Assembly (NCBI GenBank): GCA_965225085.1 | Contig: CBDDBE010000001.1 | Coordinates: 129,641 to 193,640, forward strand | Length of the DNA stretch: 64,000 nt | DNA from: an uncultured Candidatus Saccharibacteria bacterium | Lineage (GTDB): Bacteria; Patescibacteriota; Saccharimonadia; Saccharimonadales; EFPC-124 | Direction: 5' to 3' | In this document: positions 1 to 9,105 of the stretch, one piece after another | Layout: the number at the start of each line of letters is the position of its first letter | Position numbering within the stretch: position 1 is the first letter of the stretch | The notes under the pieces: model-generated | What the model was told of the DNA's origin: nothing | The model's input: only the letters and a program-made list of their open reading frames with translations | The model's database searches: none | Position numbers and translations under genes: made by a program

Positions 1-41
1 CGATACAAAGTTTTGAAGTAAGCATCGACAGATTGAGTAAC

Positions 42-72
42 AAAATAACGGCTTTTTAAAAGCCGTTATTTT
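42..72. terminator. Bidirectional rho-independent terminator hairpin
   Basis: Perfect 12-bp inverted repeat aaaataacggct / agccgttatttt with a 7-nt loop and A/T runs on both sides. Lies just 3' of the minus-strand CDS ending at 104. Confidence 0.7.
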
Positions 73-103
73 TGCGAATAATTCCTGGAGGGCCATATTA
101 GGG

Positions 104-481
104 CTAAGGCTGGTCCGAAGATTGCGTATTTAGCCAATCGCTGAGCTTAGTGGTCATTTCTTGCTCGGATGAATATTCAATAAACACATCACTCACAAAT
201 CGAAGCGAGCTCGATATTTTTGAGCCAGGACGGTAAAAGCAAATAATAGGTATACCATTTGCGTCTGCCCAGCCAATCTCGATGCCTTGCCCAGTAGACG
301 GAAACGAGACCTCTGCTAGTACATAATCACTCGTGGCAATTATATCTTTTGATTTTGTGCCGATATTTTCCGTATCGTGTGGGAAAAAGACATCATGGTT
401 TGCAGTCAAAGTTGTTTTTAACGGCTCGTATAATTCTTTTTCGTAGTCAAAGCCACTGGAATGCGAGAGGTATAGGTTCAT
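104..481 (-). CDS. Nucleoside 2-deoxyribosyltransferase-like protein
   Basis: 125-aa ORF. The segment ..STGQGIEIGWADANGIPIICFY.. resembles the catalytic-Glu block of the nucleoside deoxyribosyltransferase-type Rossmann family. Terminator lies downstream. Confidence 0.5.
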   Translation of the reverse strand: MNLYLSHSSGFDYEKELYEPLKTTLTANHDVFFPHDTENIGTKSKDIIATSDYVLAEVSFPSTGQGIEIGWADANGIPIICFYRPGSKISSSLRFVSDVFIEYSSEQEMTTKLSDWLNTQSSDQP

Positions 482-543
482 AGTTACAGCATATCAAACA
501 AAAGACTTCTCGGATGAGAAGTCTTTCATATAGTACTTATACT

Positions 544-620
544 TGGAGGGCCACCTGGGACTTGAACCCAGGACTTGCTGCTTAAGAGGCAGCCGCTCTA
601 ACCAGCTGAGCTAGTGGCCC
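544..620 (-). tRNA. tRNA-Lys (anticodon CTT)
   Basis: The reverse complement folds as a 77-nt cloverleaf: acceptor gggccac/gtggccc, anticodon stem gctgc/gcagc, loop ctCTTaa, T-arm ctggg-ttcaagt-cccag, encoded CCA. Confidence 0.9.
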
Positions 621-702
621 GCGTTTGTTAACAGATAAGACTATACCAAAAAACGTTCTTTTTGTAAATATACTACGCGCGCTTATGCTACACTTTCGAT
701 AT

Positions 703-1278
703 ATGAAAGCTCGCACGCATGATCTGGCGGCCATAACAGCCCTTGGGGCAGTAGTTATGGCGCAGCCCAACCGCACCTTGTCACTTGGCACCGCGCTGGT
801 GGCTATTCTGGCGAATCAGCTGGGTGGTATCGCGCCGGATATCGACCAGCCGACGGCGCCGTTTTGGCGGAACTTGCCGATTGGCGGAGCGATTGGTCGG
901 GTCATCGACAAGTTACTTGGCGGCCATCGATTTATTACACATTCTATTTTGGGGCTGGGGCTTTTTGGATTTTTGCTCAACCTTTTGCTGACAGCTATGC
1001 AGCCAATAATGCCCGATGTCGACATTGGCGTGGTGTGGGCGGCGTTTATGATTGGTATGCTGTCGCATTTGGTGATGGATACGTTTACCAAGGAAGGCGT
1101 GCCATGGCTACTGCCACTACCGATCAAATTTGGCGTTCCGCCAGTCAAGGCGCTACGGATCACTACAGGCAAAGCCGGTGAGGCAATCGTCTTTGGCCTG
1201 ATACTGCTGTTCGATATTGGCTACTGCGCGCTGCATTATGATGAGCTTCGGACATTCATCCATCGCCACATCATCTAG
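703..1278 (+). CDS. Membrane-bound metal-dependent hydrolase (YdjM/DUF457-like)
   Basis: Multi-TM ORF with the His/Asp-containing motifs ..FITHSILGLGLFG.. and ..SHLVMDTFTKEGVPWLLPL.. typical of DUF457. The track start at 625 abuts the tRNA, so the internal ATG at 703 (MKARTHDL..) is preferred. Confidence 0.6.
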   Translation: MKARTHDLAAITALGAVVMAQPNRTLSLGTALVAILANQLGGIAPDIDQPTAPFWRNLPIGGAIGRVIDKLLGGHRFITHSILGLGLFGFLLNLLLTAMQPIMPDVDIGVVWAAFMIGMLSHLVMDTFTKEGVPWLLPLPIKFGVPPVKALRITTGKAGEAIVFGLILLFDIGYCALHYDELRTFIHRHII

Positions 1279-2560
1279 TGTGACGCAGACGATGGTGACG
1301 TGCGGCATGCCGAACGCGTAACTGTCGTACAATCTCATGCTCTCCCAGCCAAAAACTAACCGACATGAGCAGCAACACCCCATAGGCTGGCCATGCCACC
1401 CATGCATATCGACGCAACCAGTCGAACGGTGTTGAGCCCGAGGTTGTGCCGCCAGATACACCGGGTGTCGCCCTTACCACAGCCGACAACTGGAATGTCG
1501 CTACGGCCCCTTTACTATCCGTTACCCTGACAAGAGGCTCATAGTTGCCCTCGCCCGCAAAGGTATGATTCAACGTAAATAATTTCCCGTCGTCCCGTCG
1601 TATAGCCGCAACGGCACCGTCGCGCCAATCGACCGTAACCTCATACGGAGCAACCCCGCCATTAATGCTCGCATTCCAATCCCATGGCTGGCCAGGATAA
1701 TGAGCTTCAAAGTGATAATCAACAAGCAGCGTTAAAGGATTGGCCGTCTTACTGCCCTGGGTTGCAACAATGACAGGCGCACGAGCTCGCTCAACCCAAA
1801 TATGGAACGTCGGGAAATGCAGAATTACGCCATCCGGTGTCACAGCCGTAATCTCAACCGAATGCTCACCCTCTGGAATTTGCTGGTCGAACGTACAGGA
1901 CCACCATCCGTAAGACGAAGCCTTCGTCCTGCACGTAAATGGATCTGAGTGAATGACAACCGTAACAATAGATGAGGGCGGCGCGAATCCACTAAATGTA
2001 GGGAATTGGCTTGCGATGGTCCCGAGGTTATATTGAGCACCGTCAACCGAGACAACAGACAGGCTAGTGGGCACGCTTGGCGGTGTTTGTGGCTGCACGG
2101 TAGTCACGTCGTAATATATAGTAACTACGCCTGACGCGGGGCCTGGATCATCCGTGAGGTTGTACACCTGAACTTGCAAGGTGTTAGGCCCAGGTGCCAG
2201 CGAGGTCTGAATGCCAAAAATACCGCTCGTGCACTGTGAAACGCCTGCGGGCTGGCCATTCTGGATGAGCTTAACATAGGAAGCCGTCGGACAAGTCCCA
2301 GCCACCGTGAGCGCAGATGACGACACGTGTTGCTGATCAACGATCGACGTAATGACAGCAGGCGAGCTCGGTAATGCAGCCGAAACCTTTGCCGAAACCT
2401 CCAGGGTGGCCGTCTGTGCGTTGCCGTGGAGCGATATGCCTGCCAAAAGCACCCCGAAGCATAACACCAAAAACATCGAAAACGGATGGATAAAAATCCG
2501 TCGGTGCACGGGAATATGACGGCGCGGTGCCTTGCTGGGATAGATCGTGAATATATTCAA
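1271..2560 (-). CDS. Membrane-anchored surface protein with Ig/PKD-like repeats
   Basis: 429 aa. N-terminal hydrophobic anchor (FSMFLVLCFGVLLAGISL), beta-rich T/S/V/P sequence, PKD-like block (YEVTVDWRDG..NHTFAGEGNYEPLVRVTDSKGA), C-terminal TM helix plus Arg/His-rich tail. Confidence 0.6.
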   Translation of the reverse strand: MNIFTIYPSKAPRRHIPVHRRIFIHPFSMFLVLCFGVLLAGISLHGNAQTATLEVSAKVSAALPSSPAVITSIVDQQHVSSSALTVAGTCPTASYVKLIQNGQPAGVSQCTSGIFGIQTSLAPGPNTLQVQVYNLTDDPGPASGVVTIYYDVTTVQPQTPPSVPTSLSVVSVDGAQYNLGTIASQFPTFSGFAPPSSIVTVVIHSDPFTCRTKASSYGWWSCTFDQQIPEGEHSVEITAVTPDGVILHFPTFHIWVERARAPVIVATQGSKTANPLTLLVDYHFEAHYPGQPWDWNASINGGVAPYEVTVDWRDGAVAAIRRDDGKLFTLNHTFAGEGNYEPLVRVTDSKGAVATFQLSAVVRATPGVSGGTTSGSTPFDWLRRYAWVAWPAYGVLLLMSVSFWLGEHEIVRQLRVRHAARHHRLRHTR

Positions 2561-2711
2561 AATGGCGCTTTAACTGCTTATGGCAATAGTACCACCTCAG
2601 GTATCAAGGGGCAAACCCGGCAAAATGCATGAATATCGTGACACCATATTGCCCTTGCATGTGATTCCTGTTATGTTTACTATAGTTATCGACATTAAAG
2701 AAAATTAGAAA

Positions 2712-3764
2712 ATGACACGTCAAATGACACTCCCAAAAATCTCAACGTTTTCGCGCTCAATAACAACAATCGCAACCCTGCTATTGGCGTCTGCTATGCC
2801 AATCTTGGACAGCATGCCCGCATACGCATCTGACCTTAGCCAGTCCATGGTGCGCTTCGATCGCATGCAGGTTAGTACGGCCACGACTGGCACCATCTGC
2901 GCCAAGCCAACGTCTACCGCAACCGAAGCAAGTGTGATTGTGACCTTCCCAACGGGGTACACGCTTGGAACTGCAGCCAATTTCACCGTCAGCACCACCA
3001 ACCTCGCCTGGCCAACTGGAGGCACCGCATGGCCCAGCATTGCTACGGCTACAAACGTTACCAGCCAAGCTGTCACCTTCCCGAGCGGCGACCTGACCGT
3101 AGGCACACTGTACTGCTTTAACTGGGTCAACAGCGCAGCCGTCACTATTAAGTCAAGCGCAACCAGCTCTAACACCGGCACCATCACCACACAAACCAGC
3201 ACCCCAACCACCATCGACAGCTCCGGCTTTAGCACTGCGAGTGTGACGGGCGACCAGGTCTCGGTGTCGGCATCGGTTCCTTCAACGTTCTCGTTTGCAC
3301 TCAGCGGTAACAGCGATGCGCTGGGTACGCTCAGCACCGGTAGTGTCATTAGCAGCCCAACACCCCGCACTACGACCGTCAGCACAAATGCCAAAAACGG
3401 CTGGACCGTGTGGGCCAAAGACGCAAACACTGGCCTAACCTCCGCGACAGCATCGGCCACGATTGCCTCGACGACCCCGGGCTCAAACAGCACACTATCA
3501 TTCGGTACACCCGGCTACAACACTGGCGTCACTTCCACACAGGTCGGCGGATCCGGCACAATCACCATAGCTGCGCCATTTGTCGGTAGCTCAACCGGCC
3601 AGGGTGGCGGCCTAGATACGACCTTGCGCACCGTCGCATCGTCCAACGGTACCGCAGACACAGCCGTACTCACACTGAAAAACAACGTCGCCATCGGCAA
3701 TACAACTGCAGCCGCTAGCGACTATAGCGACACCATTACTGTTGTTGGCGCTGGGCTATTCTAG
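2712..3764 (+). CDS. Secreted Thr/Ser-rich surface protein, WxL-like
   Basis: 350 aa. Signal peptide (..LLLASAMPILDSMPAYA/SD) and very T/S/G-rich beta-type sequence. ..NAKNGWTVWAKDAN.. and the C-terminal ..ASDYSDTITVVGAGLF recall the two WxL-type motifs. First gene of a tightly spaced plus-strand operon. Confidence 0.5.
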   Translation: MTRQMTLPKISTFSRSITTIATLLLASAMPILDSMPAYASDLSQSMVRFDRMQVSTATTGTICAKPTSTATEASVIVTFPTGYTLGTAANFTVSTTNLAWPTGGTAWPSIATATNVTSQAVTFPSGDLTVGTLYCFNWVNSAAVTIKSSATSSNTGTITTQTSTPTTIDSSGFSTASVTGDQVSVSASVPSTFSFALSGNSDALGTLSTGSVISSPTPRTTTVSTNAKNGWTVWAKDANTGLTSATASATIASTTPGSNSTLSFGTPGYNTGVTSTQVGGSGTITIAAPFVGSSTGQGGGLDTTLRTVASSNGTADTAVLTLKNNVAIGNTTAAASDYSDTITVVGAGLF

Positions 3765-3779
3765 GCCTATACTAGCACT

Positions 3780-4808
3780 ATGCATCGATTGATACGGAGG
3801 ATTACTGTAGGTTTGTTTGGGGTGGCGTTGGCAATTGTTGCTACGGGCCACGGAGCCCGCGCCGACAGTGGCGAATTCTCGCTGCAAGTTTCGCCATCTC
3901 CGCTCGTCGCAACATTGAAACCAGGCCAGGCCAGCACCCTTGACCTGCATATCCGCAACATGGGGGCCAAGCCCGAGCAGCTGAAGATTACACCGCGTTC
4001 GTTCACTGTGGACAGCAAGCAACAATTGCATTTAGACGACGCCCTCTCGCCCGACCTGGCTGGATGGATTTCGTTTAGCGCGCCGACGTTTAGCGTCATG
4101 CCAGGCCAGTCCGTTACGGTCAGCACCACCATCCACGTCCCGTCGACCGCCAGTTATAGCTACTCGTTCGCATTGGTTATTGGCCGCACCGACGCTACGA
4201 CTACGCAATCGACAGCCGGTGGCCGCACCCTGAATGGTTCGGTGGCTGTATTTGCCCTGCTGAATATCGACCGCCCAGGGGCTACGCGCTCGCTCCAGGT
4301 TGTAAGCTTTAAGCCGTCTGAGCGCGCGTTCGAGTACTTGCCGGCACATCTAAATGTTGAGCTGAAAAACACTGGCAATACCATCGTGCGGCCAACCGGG
4401 AACGTCTTTATCCAACGTGGAGCCAACGACAGCAATCCTATAGATACACTGTCGTTCAACGGTGAAGGCGGCTACATATTGCCCGGCCAAACACGTACGT
4501 TTGCGGTCGATTGGACAAACGGCTTCCAGGTGATGAGCGACGTCAAGCAATCAGACGGTTCAACCAAACAACAGCTAACTTGGAACTGGGCCAACATCGG
4601 AAGCCTGCGCATTGGGCACTTTACGGCCAAACTAGTAGCTATCTATAACGACGGCCAACGCGACATACCGCTGGAATCACAGGCGTCGTTCTGGGTTTTC
4701 CCTTGGAAATTGATGCTCGGCGCGCTCGTTGTCCTCGCCCTGGTAGGTGTTGGCATTTGGTCGGTAGTCCGTAGTTTCCTGCGCATCGGCAAACGAATTG
4801 TCCGGTAG
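3780..4808 (+). CDS. DUF916/DUF3324-like (CscA-like) cell-surface protein with C-terminal membrane anchor
   Basis: 342 aa. Signal peptide, then FSLQVSPSPLVATLKPGQASTLDLHIRNMG.. and ..WISFSAPTFSVMPGQSVTVSTTIHVP.. beta-sandwich blocks. C-terminal TM (LMLGALVVLALVGVGIWSVV) plus basic tail. Starts 15 nt after the previous gene. Confidence 0.5.
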   Translation: MHRLIRRITVGLFGVALAIVATGHGARADSGEFSLQVSPSPLVATLKPGQASTLDLHIRNMGAKPEQLKITPRSFTVDSKQQLHLDDALSPDLAGWISFSAPTFSVMPGQSVTVSTTIHVPSTASYSYSFALVIGRTDATTTQSTAGGRTLNGSVAVFALLNIDRPGATRSLQVVSFKPSERAFEYLPAHLNVELKNTGNTIVRPTGNVFIQRGANDSNPIDTLSFNGEGGYILPGQTRTFAVDWTNGFQVMSDVKQSDGSTKQQLTWNWANIGSLRIGHFTAKLVAIYNDGQRDIPLESQASFWVFPWKLMLGALVVLALVGVGIWSVVRSFLRIGKRIVR

Positions 4809-4869
4809 TTCTGCATTTGTTTGCACCATAAGCGAAATACTTATATACTGAGGCATCAGGATGTGATTT

Positions 4870-5076
4870 ATGAGGGACAATCTACCCAAGAAAATACTGC
4901 AAAAGGAAATGACTCGCAAAGAGTTCCTGCAATTTGCCGGTAGCTCAATGCTTGTCCTTTTTGGTCTTACAAATTTCCTGGCACTGATGAGCCACCTCTC
5001 CAAAGCTGAACAGCCCGCCCTGACTACGACAGACAACGAAGCCCACGGGTTTGGCTCTAGAAAGTTCGGGGCTTAA
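4870..5076 (+). CDS. Small membrane/secreted protein with Tat-like N-terminus
   Basis: 68 aa. ..TRKEFLQFAGSSMLVLFGLTNFLALM.. resembles a (degenerate) twin-arginine signal or TM helix. C-terminus ..HGFGSRKFGA. Sits in the operon 4 nt before the next start. Confidence 0.45.
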   Translation: MRDNLPKKILQKEMTRKEFLQFAGSSMLVLFGLTNFLALMSHLSKAEQPALTTTDNEAHGFGSRKFGA

Positions 5077-5080
5077 AGAG

Positions 5081-5782
5081 ATGACCCAACAGCGTCTACC
5101 CATCGTTAATAGCGACGACGGTACCTGGGGTGATATCCTCCGGCAATACTTGGCCAAGGAGCACTACAACGACGATACTGACAACGCCGTAAATGGCGGC
5201 CACAAAACCGTTACTATTCGGGCCGGAACAGCCACTGCTGGCACCGCACCGCTGAAGCTCACGTCCGGCACGCTCATGACCACGCCAGAGGCTGGCGCGG
5301 CAGAGTTCAACACCGACAGTCTATACTTCACCATCACAACCGGGACAGTCCGCAAAAAGGTTGCATTGTACGACGATTCATCAGGCGCAACAGGCGACCT
5401 GTATTACCGGGATTCGTCGGGCAATTTCGTCCGTCTGGGCGCCGGAAGCAACGGCAAGACACTCCGCGTTGCCAGTGGCATACCAGCCTGGAGCGACCCG
5501 ACATTCGCTACCGCCACCAAGACGAGCGGCTACACCATCACCAGCACCGACACGGTTATCTTTGCCAATGCCGCCACCGGCAACGTCACCATTACCCTAC
5601 CGACTGCTTCGGCCAATGCTGGGTATCGCTTTTATGTCAAACGCATCGACAGTTCGGCCAACACCTGCAACATATCGCGTTCGGGCAGTGATACCATTGA
5701 TGGGCAGACCAGTTTCTCGCTCGATCTGCAATATACGTGCCTCAGCATAGTGAGCGACGGGGCAGCATGGTATATAATCTGA
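5081..5782 (+). CDS. Tail-fibre/receptor-binding-like protein (hypothetical)
   Basis: ATG at 5081 (MTQQRLPIVNSDDGTWGDILRQYL..) follows the upstream stop (5074-5076). The N-terminal ..DGTWGDIL..YL..H motif and the C-terminal block ..VTITLPTASANAGYRFYVKRID..DTIDGQ..LSIVSDGAAWYII recall phage fibre/knob-type proteins. Confidence 0.5.
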   Translation: MTQQRLPIVNSDDGTWGDILRQYLAKEHYNDDTDNAVNGGHKTVTIRAGTATAGTAPLKLTSGTLMTTPEAGAAEFNTDSLYFTITTGTVRKKVALYDDSSGATGDLYYRDSSGNFVRLGAGSNGKTLRVASGIPAWSDPTFATATKTSGYTITSTDTVIFANAATGNVTITLPTASANAGYRFYVKRIDSSANTCNISRSGSDTIDGQTSFSLDLQYTCLSIVSDGAAWYII

Positions 5783-5789
5783 CAGGCCT

Positions 5790-7139
5790 ATGACATATCT
5801 ACCTCCAGCAAACGGCGGGCGCATCAACGCCACAATTTCCGGTAATACCGCCGGGGTTGGTTCGCTGGTATCCAGCGGCACCCTGACGCTGGCTGGCGGC
5901 AATAACATTACATTGAGTCAGAATGGCAATGCGATTACGATATCTGGCGGTGCGGGCGGTGGTGCGGGCGGGTCGCAAACATTTGGCATGAGCAACCTCG
6001 GCAATACCAGCGGCACGACAGGGGTCGTTTCCGGCAGCGCAGTCCAGTACGTGCTAGCTGGTGGCAATAATGTCACGCTTAGCCAGAGTCTGAATGGCTC
6101 GTCGGGAACCCTTAGCATCTCGGCAGGTAACCAAAGCGTTCAGACCCAAAACCTCCACAACATGACGCTTGGCGGCAACACCGCTGGCGTGATGGCGCAG
6201 GTTAGCTCCGGCACCCTGACGCTGGCTGGCGGCAATAACATCACGCTCAGCCAGAACGGCAACGCTATTACCATATCTGGTGGCGCGGGTGGCGGGGGTG
6301 GGGGCATCGCGCTTGCCAATTCGCAGACGACATACACCAGCGGCACCGCCAACCTCGTAGCGAGCGGCGCGCTGACCATTGCCTCGACTACCGGCCAATC
6401 ATTCAACCTGTCCGTCCCACAGACCTCCAGCCTATCAGCCACGGGCATGTTCAGCATATCCGTCAGCGGGTCGACCATCAGCATGGGCGTGCCAGCCAAT
6501 ACGACACTATCGAGATTTGAGTACCCCGAGGGACTCTTTACGTCGCTAGGCGCCATTGGCCAAGGCTCGCTATCTATCAACCACATGTACGTCCCCTTCT
6601 ACGTGAGTGGGTCGGCGGCCAAGATCGGCGGATCACTTTCGGCCGCTACCAACACCGGTAGCACCACCGCCTCAGCCAACATGTCGCTATGGATGGGTAT
6701 TTATACGCTCAACGGCTCGACACTATCACTCGCCAGCTCGGGGAGCGCCAACAATGCCTACCAGTTCTCGCAATCCGCCAGCAGCACAGCCAACACCTCG
6801 GTCAACTCCATGCGTCAGCTGACCGTGCCCATGAACGTCAACATCACGCCGGGCGAATATTGGATGGCCGCTGTAATCTCGAGCGCTACTACCTACACCA
6901 ACGCCGGCTACACCATGTACGGCAACAACCAGGTTGCCAACGGCGCAACTGGCGCCGTCCTGTCGCCACTTGGCAGTAACACTAGCGTAGCCCGCGACGT
7001 TATGTTGCTACAGGGCATCTACACCGCTGCTACCAGTGCCGGCCCTACCACCATCGTCGGCAGCCAGATCAACAACACTAGCGCCAGCAACGTGCAGCGT
7101 GCCAATTTCTACAACCTAATATATAACGCAACCTGGTAG
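5790..7139 (+). CDS. Gly/Ser/Thr-rich repeat protein (tail-fibre-like, hypothetical)
   Basis: 449 aa. Three units of the type SSGTLTLAGGNNITLSQNGNAITISGGAGGG (two near-identical, one degenerate), followed by a beta-rich C-terminal half. Starts 7 nt after the previous gene. Confidence 0.55.
   Translation: MTYLPPANGGRINATISGNTAGVGSLVSSGTLTLAGGNNITLSQNGNAITISGGAGGGAGGSQTFGMSNLGNTSGTTGVVSGSAVQYVLAGGNNVTLSQSLNGSSGTLSISAGNQSVQTQNLHNMTLGGNTAGVMAQVSSGTLTLAGGNNITLSQNGNAITISGGAGGGGGGIALANSQTTYTSGTANLVASGALTIASTTGQSFNLSVPQTSSLSATGMFSISVSGSTISMGVPANTTLSRFEYPEGLFTSLGAIGQGSLSINHMYVPFYVSGSAAKIGGSLSAATNTGSTTASANMSLWMGIYTLNGSTLSLASSGSANNAYQFSQSASSTANTSVNSMRQLTVPMNVNITPGEYWMAAVISSATTYTNAGYTMYGNNQVANGATGAVLSPLGSNTSVARDVMLLQGIYTAATSAGPTTIVGSQINNTSASNVQRANFYNLIYNATW
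5841..6296 (+). repeat. In-frame internal duplication (333-nt period) inside CDS 5790..7139
   Basis: ggcaccctgacgctggctggcggcaataacat occurs at 5877 and 6210. The copies encode the same ~41-aa peptide but differ mostly at synonymous third positions. Confidence 0.85.
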
Positions 7140-7144
7140 ACCCT

Positions 7145-8344
7145 ATGGCCAGACTCTATCAAGACGGATTCGAGTTTAACTCGCTATCGAACTCGGGCAA
7201 CCTCAACTCGTGGACCACGGTATCCGCGACGGGGCTGTCTATCACGACAGCTGCGGCCAGGTCCGGAGTCTATGGGCTCAGAGTCTCCTCCATGACCAGT
7301 GCTACCGTAGCGTGTGTGCTGTACAAATATTCCAGTACGCTCCTAAACGGCCCGCTGTACGCGCGTGGCTACCTCAATATTCAGGCCCTCCCATCCGCCA
7401 GCAATACCATCATGAACTTTTCGGGCAGCTCACTAGTCAACACCACCGTCCGCTGTTCGATTATGCTGACAAGCAATAGCACACTGTCGCTTATGAATGA
7501 TACTGGTGTTCAAATTGGCTCGGATTCCCCCGCCCTCAATGTCAATCAGTGGTACCGCATAGAGCTCAAAACCGACACGACGGCGGCATCTGGCTCCAGA
7601 GTTATAGAGGCCAGTATTGATGGCGTGGTCTTTGCCACCAGCTCGGCGCAGTCACACAGTGGTAGCTTCTCATGCACATTTGGCGGTAACCTCGCAGCCG
7701 AGGCGCAAACAGCCGGTGAATGGTGGTGGGATGATATCTGCATCAATGATTCAACTGGCAGCTACCAAAATAGCTATCCCGGCAGCGGCAGAATTATCCA
7801 CCTGCGCCCAAATGCTACCGGTGATGCCAACGGCTTTCTGGCCCAGGTAGGCGGTACGGCGGGCTCAACCAACAACTTTACGCGCGTTCTGGATATCACA
7901 CCGAATGATGCGACCGATTACAACGCTTCTCCAACGCAAGGCGCCGAGGATTTGTTTGACTGCGACGCGTCCGGGCTTGGATCGACCGACACCGTCAATA
8001 CCGTACTGGTTGGCGCGCGCTTTACCGACCTGGTCGCAGCAGACGCTACCGCCGCGCTCCAGCTCGAAATCATGAAGACCTCCGGCGGCACAAAACAGCT
8101 GTCAGCGACTCGCATCCCCAACATCACCAGCTGGCAGACCAACGGCAACTCAGCCCCGCGCCTGTACCCCCTCGTAACCTACACCGATCCCGATGGCGCC
8201 GTCTGGACACCTGCTATGCTGGACAGTATGCAAATTGGTTATATAATTTCAACAGCTGGTACGAGTTCTATCGCAGTGTCGGCCGTCTGGGCTTCGATAG
8301 ATTATACGCCGGCCCAGCCCATCACCGCCTGGATAACCGCTTAA
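7145..8344 (+). CDS. LamG/concanavalin-like jelly-roll protein (hypothetical, fibre-associated)
   Basis: 399 aa. N-terminus MARLYQDGFEFNS..W..ARSGVYGLRV.. and ..QWYRIELK.. are typical of LamG-type lectin folds seen in tail-spike or surface proteins. Starts 5 nt after the previous gene. Confidence 0.45.
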   Translation: MARLYQDGFEFNSLSNSGNLNSWTTVSATGLSITTAAARSGVYGLRVSSMTSATVACVLYKYSSTLLNGPLYARGYLNIQALPSASNTIMNFSGSSLVNTTVRCSIMLTSNSTLSLMNDTGVQIGSDSPALNVNQWYRIELKTDTTAASGSRVIEASIDGVVFATSSAQSHSGSFSCTFGGNLAAEAQTAGEWWWDDICINDSTGSYQNSYPGSGRIIHLRPNATGDANGFLAQVGGTAGSTNNFTRVLDITPNDATDYNASPTQGAEDLFDCDASGLGSTDTVNTVLVGARFTDLVAADATAALQLEIMKTSGGTKQLSATRIPNITSWQTNGNSAPRLYPLVTYTDPDGAVWTPAMLDSMQIGYIISTAGTSSIAVSAVWASIDYTPAQPITAWITA

Positions 8345-8369
8345 AAAGCCACACCACTGGAGAATTCTC

Positions 8370-9095
8370 ATGACAAAACCCGTTATCCTCGTCCCCGACA
8401 ACGCCGGTATTCACAATGCCAGTGACTACACGACGCGCCTCGAGAAGGAGAAGACCTACCGCGACCTTAGCACCATCATCGTCTGCCCCACACGCGGACT
8501 TATTCCGGCACGCATTGTGCAAAGCTGGCAGGGCATGATTCGCCCGATGAACCAGAAAGTGCTTGGCCCGATCTTCATGGAGGGCATGGAAGTCGGTGAA
8601 GCATACAACCAGGTCATCAAGATGATTTTGGAAAACCCTGATCTCAGTTCTTTCAAATTCATGTTAACCATCGAGGAAGACAACGCACCACCAGCCGACG
8701 GCCTAATGAAGCTCTACGAATCCATCGACGACTACGATGCGGTAAGCGGGCTGTACTGGACCAAAGGCGAAGGCGGCCAGCCCATGTGCTACGGGGACCC
8801 GTCGGTCATGCCAGCCAACTTTATCCCGCAGATTCCCCAGCCCGACACCATTACGCCGTGCAATGGCCTGGGCATGGGCTTCACCCTCTTTCGGCTGGAA
8901 ATGCTGCGTGACAAACGGTTCGAATATGGCAACTGGTTCAAAACCAAGCAAGAAGTTACACCCGAAGGCAGCGTCCAAGTCTTCACACAGGACCTATGGT
9001 TCTTCCAGCATGCGCGCCAGCTCGGCTACAAATTCGCCTGCGACTCCCGGGTCCGCGTGGGACACTACGACATAGCTAACCAGATAATGTGGTAA
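8370..9095 (+). CDS. GT-A-fold glycosyltransferase-like protein
   Basis: 241 aa. STIIVCPTRG.. (Rossmann-like start), acidic ..LTIEEDN.. (DXD-equivalent), ..FTQDLWFF.. and ..VGHYD near the C-terminus. In the operon. Confidence 0.45.
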   Translation: MTKPVILVPDNAGIHNASDYTTRLEKEKTYRDLSTIIVCPTRGLIPARIVQSWQGMIRPMNQKVLGPIFMEGMEVGEAYNQVIKMILENPDLSSFKFMLTIEEDNAPPADGLMKLYESIDDYDAVSGLYWTKGEGGQPMCYGDPSVMPANFIPQIPQPDTITPCNGLGMGFTLFRLEMLRDKRFEYGNWFKTKQEVTPEGSVQVFTQDLWFFQHARQLGYKFACDSRVRVGHYDIANQIMW

Positions 9096-9105
9096 GGAAA
9101 TATTT

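Noticed and set aside
625-702. Track start (625) of the DUF457-like gene
   Set aside because: It begins 5 nt after the tRNA-Lys gene, leaving no room for a promoter. The hydrophobic core of the protein starts after the internal Met at 703.
2720-3493. 257-aa minus-strand ORF inside the Thr/Ser-rich gene 2712..3764
   Set aside because: It is an antisense shadow. Its Val/Ala/Gly-rich composition is what the complement of ACN/AGC/GCN codons produces. It has no start context, and the plus-strand gene has a signal peptide and operon context.
5841-6296. The 333-nt-spaced duplicate considered as a DGR template/variable repeat pair or a CRISPR-like repeat
   Set aside because: There are only two to three copies, all in-frame within one CDS. 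The differences are synonymous third-position changes rather than adenine-specific ones. I saw no reverse transcriptase or cas genes in the window.
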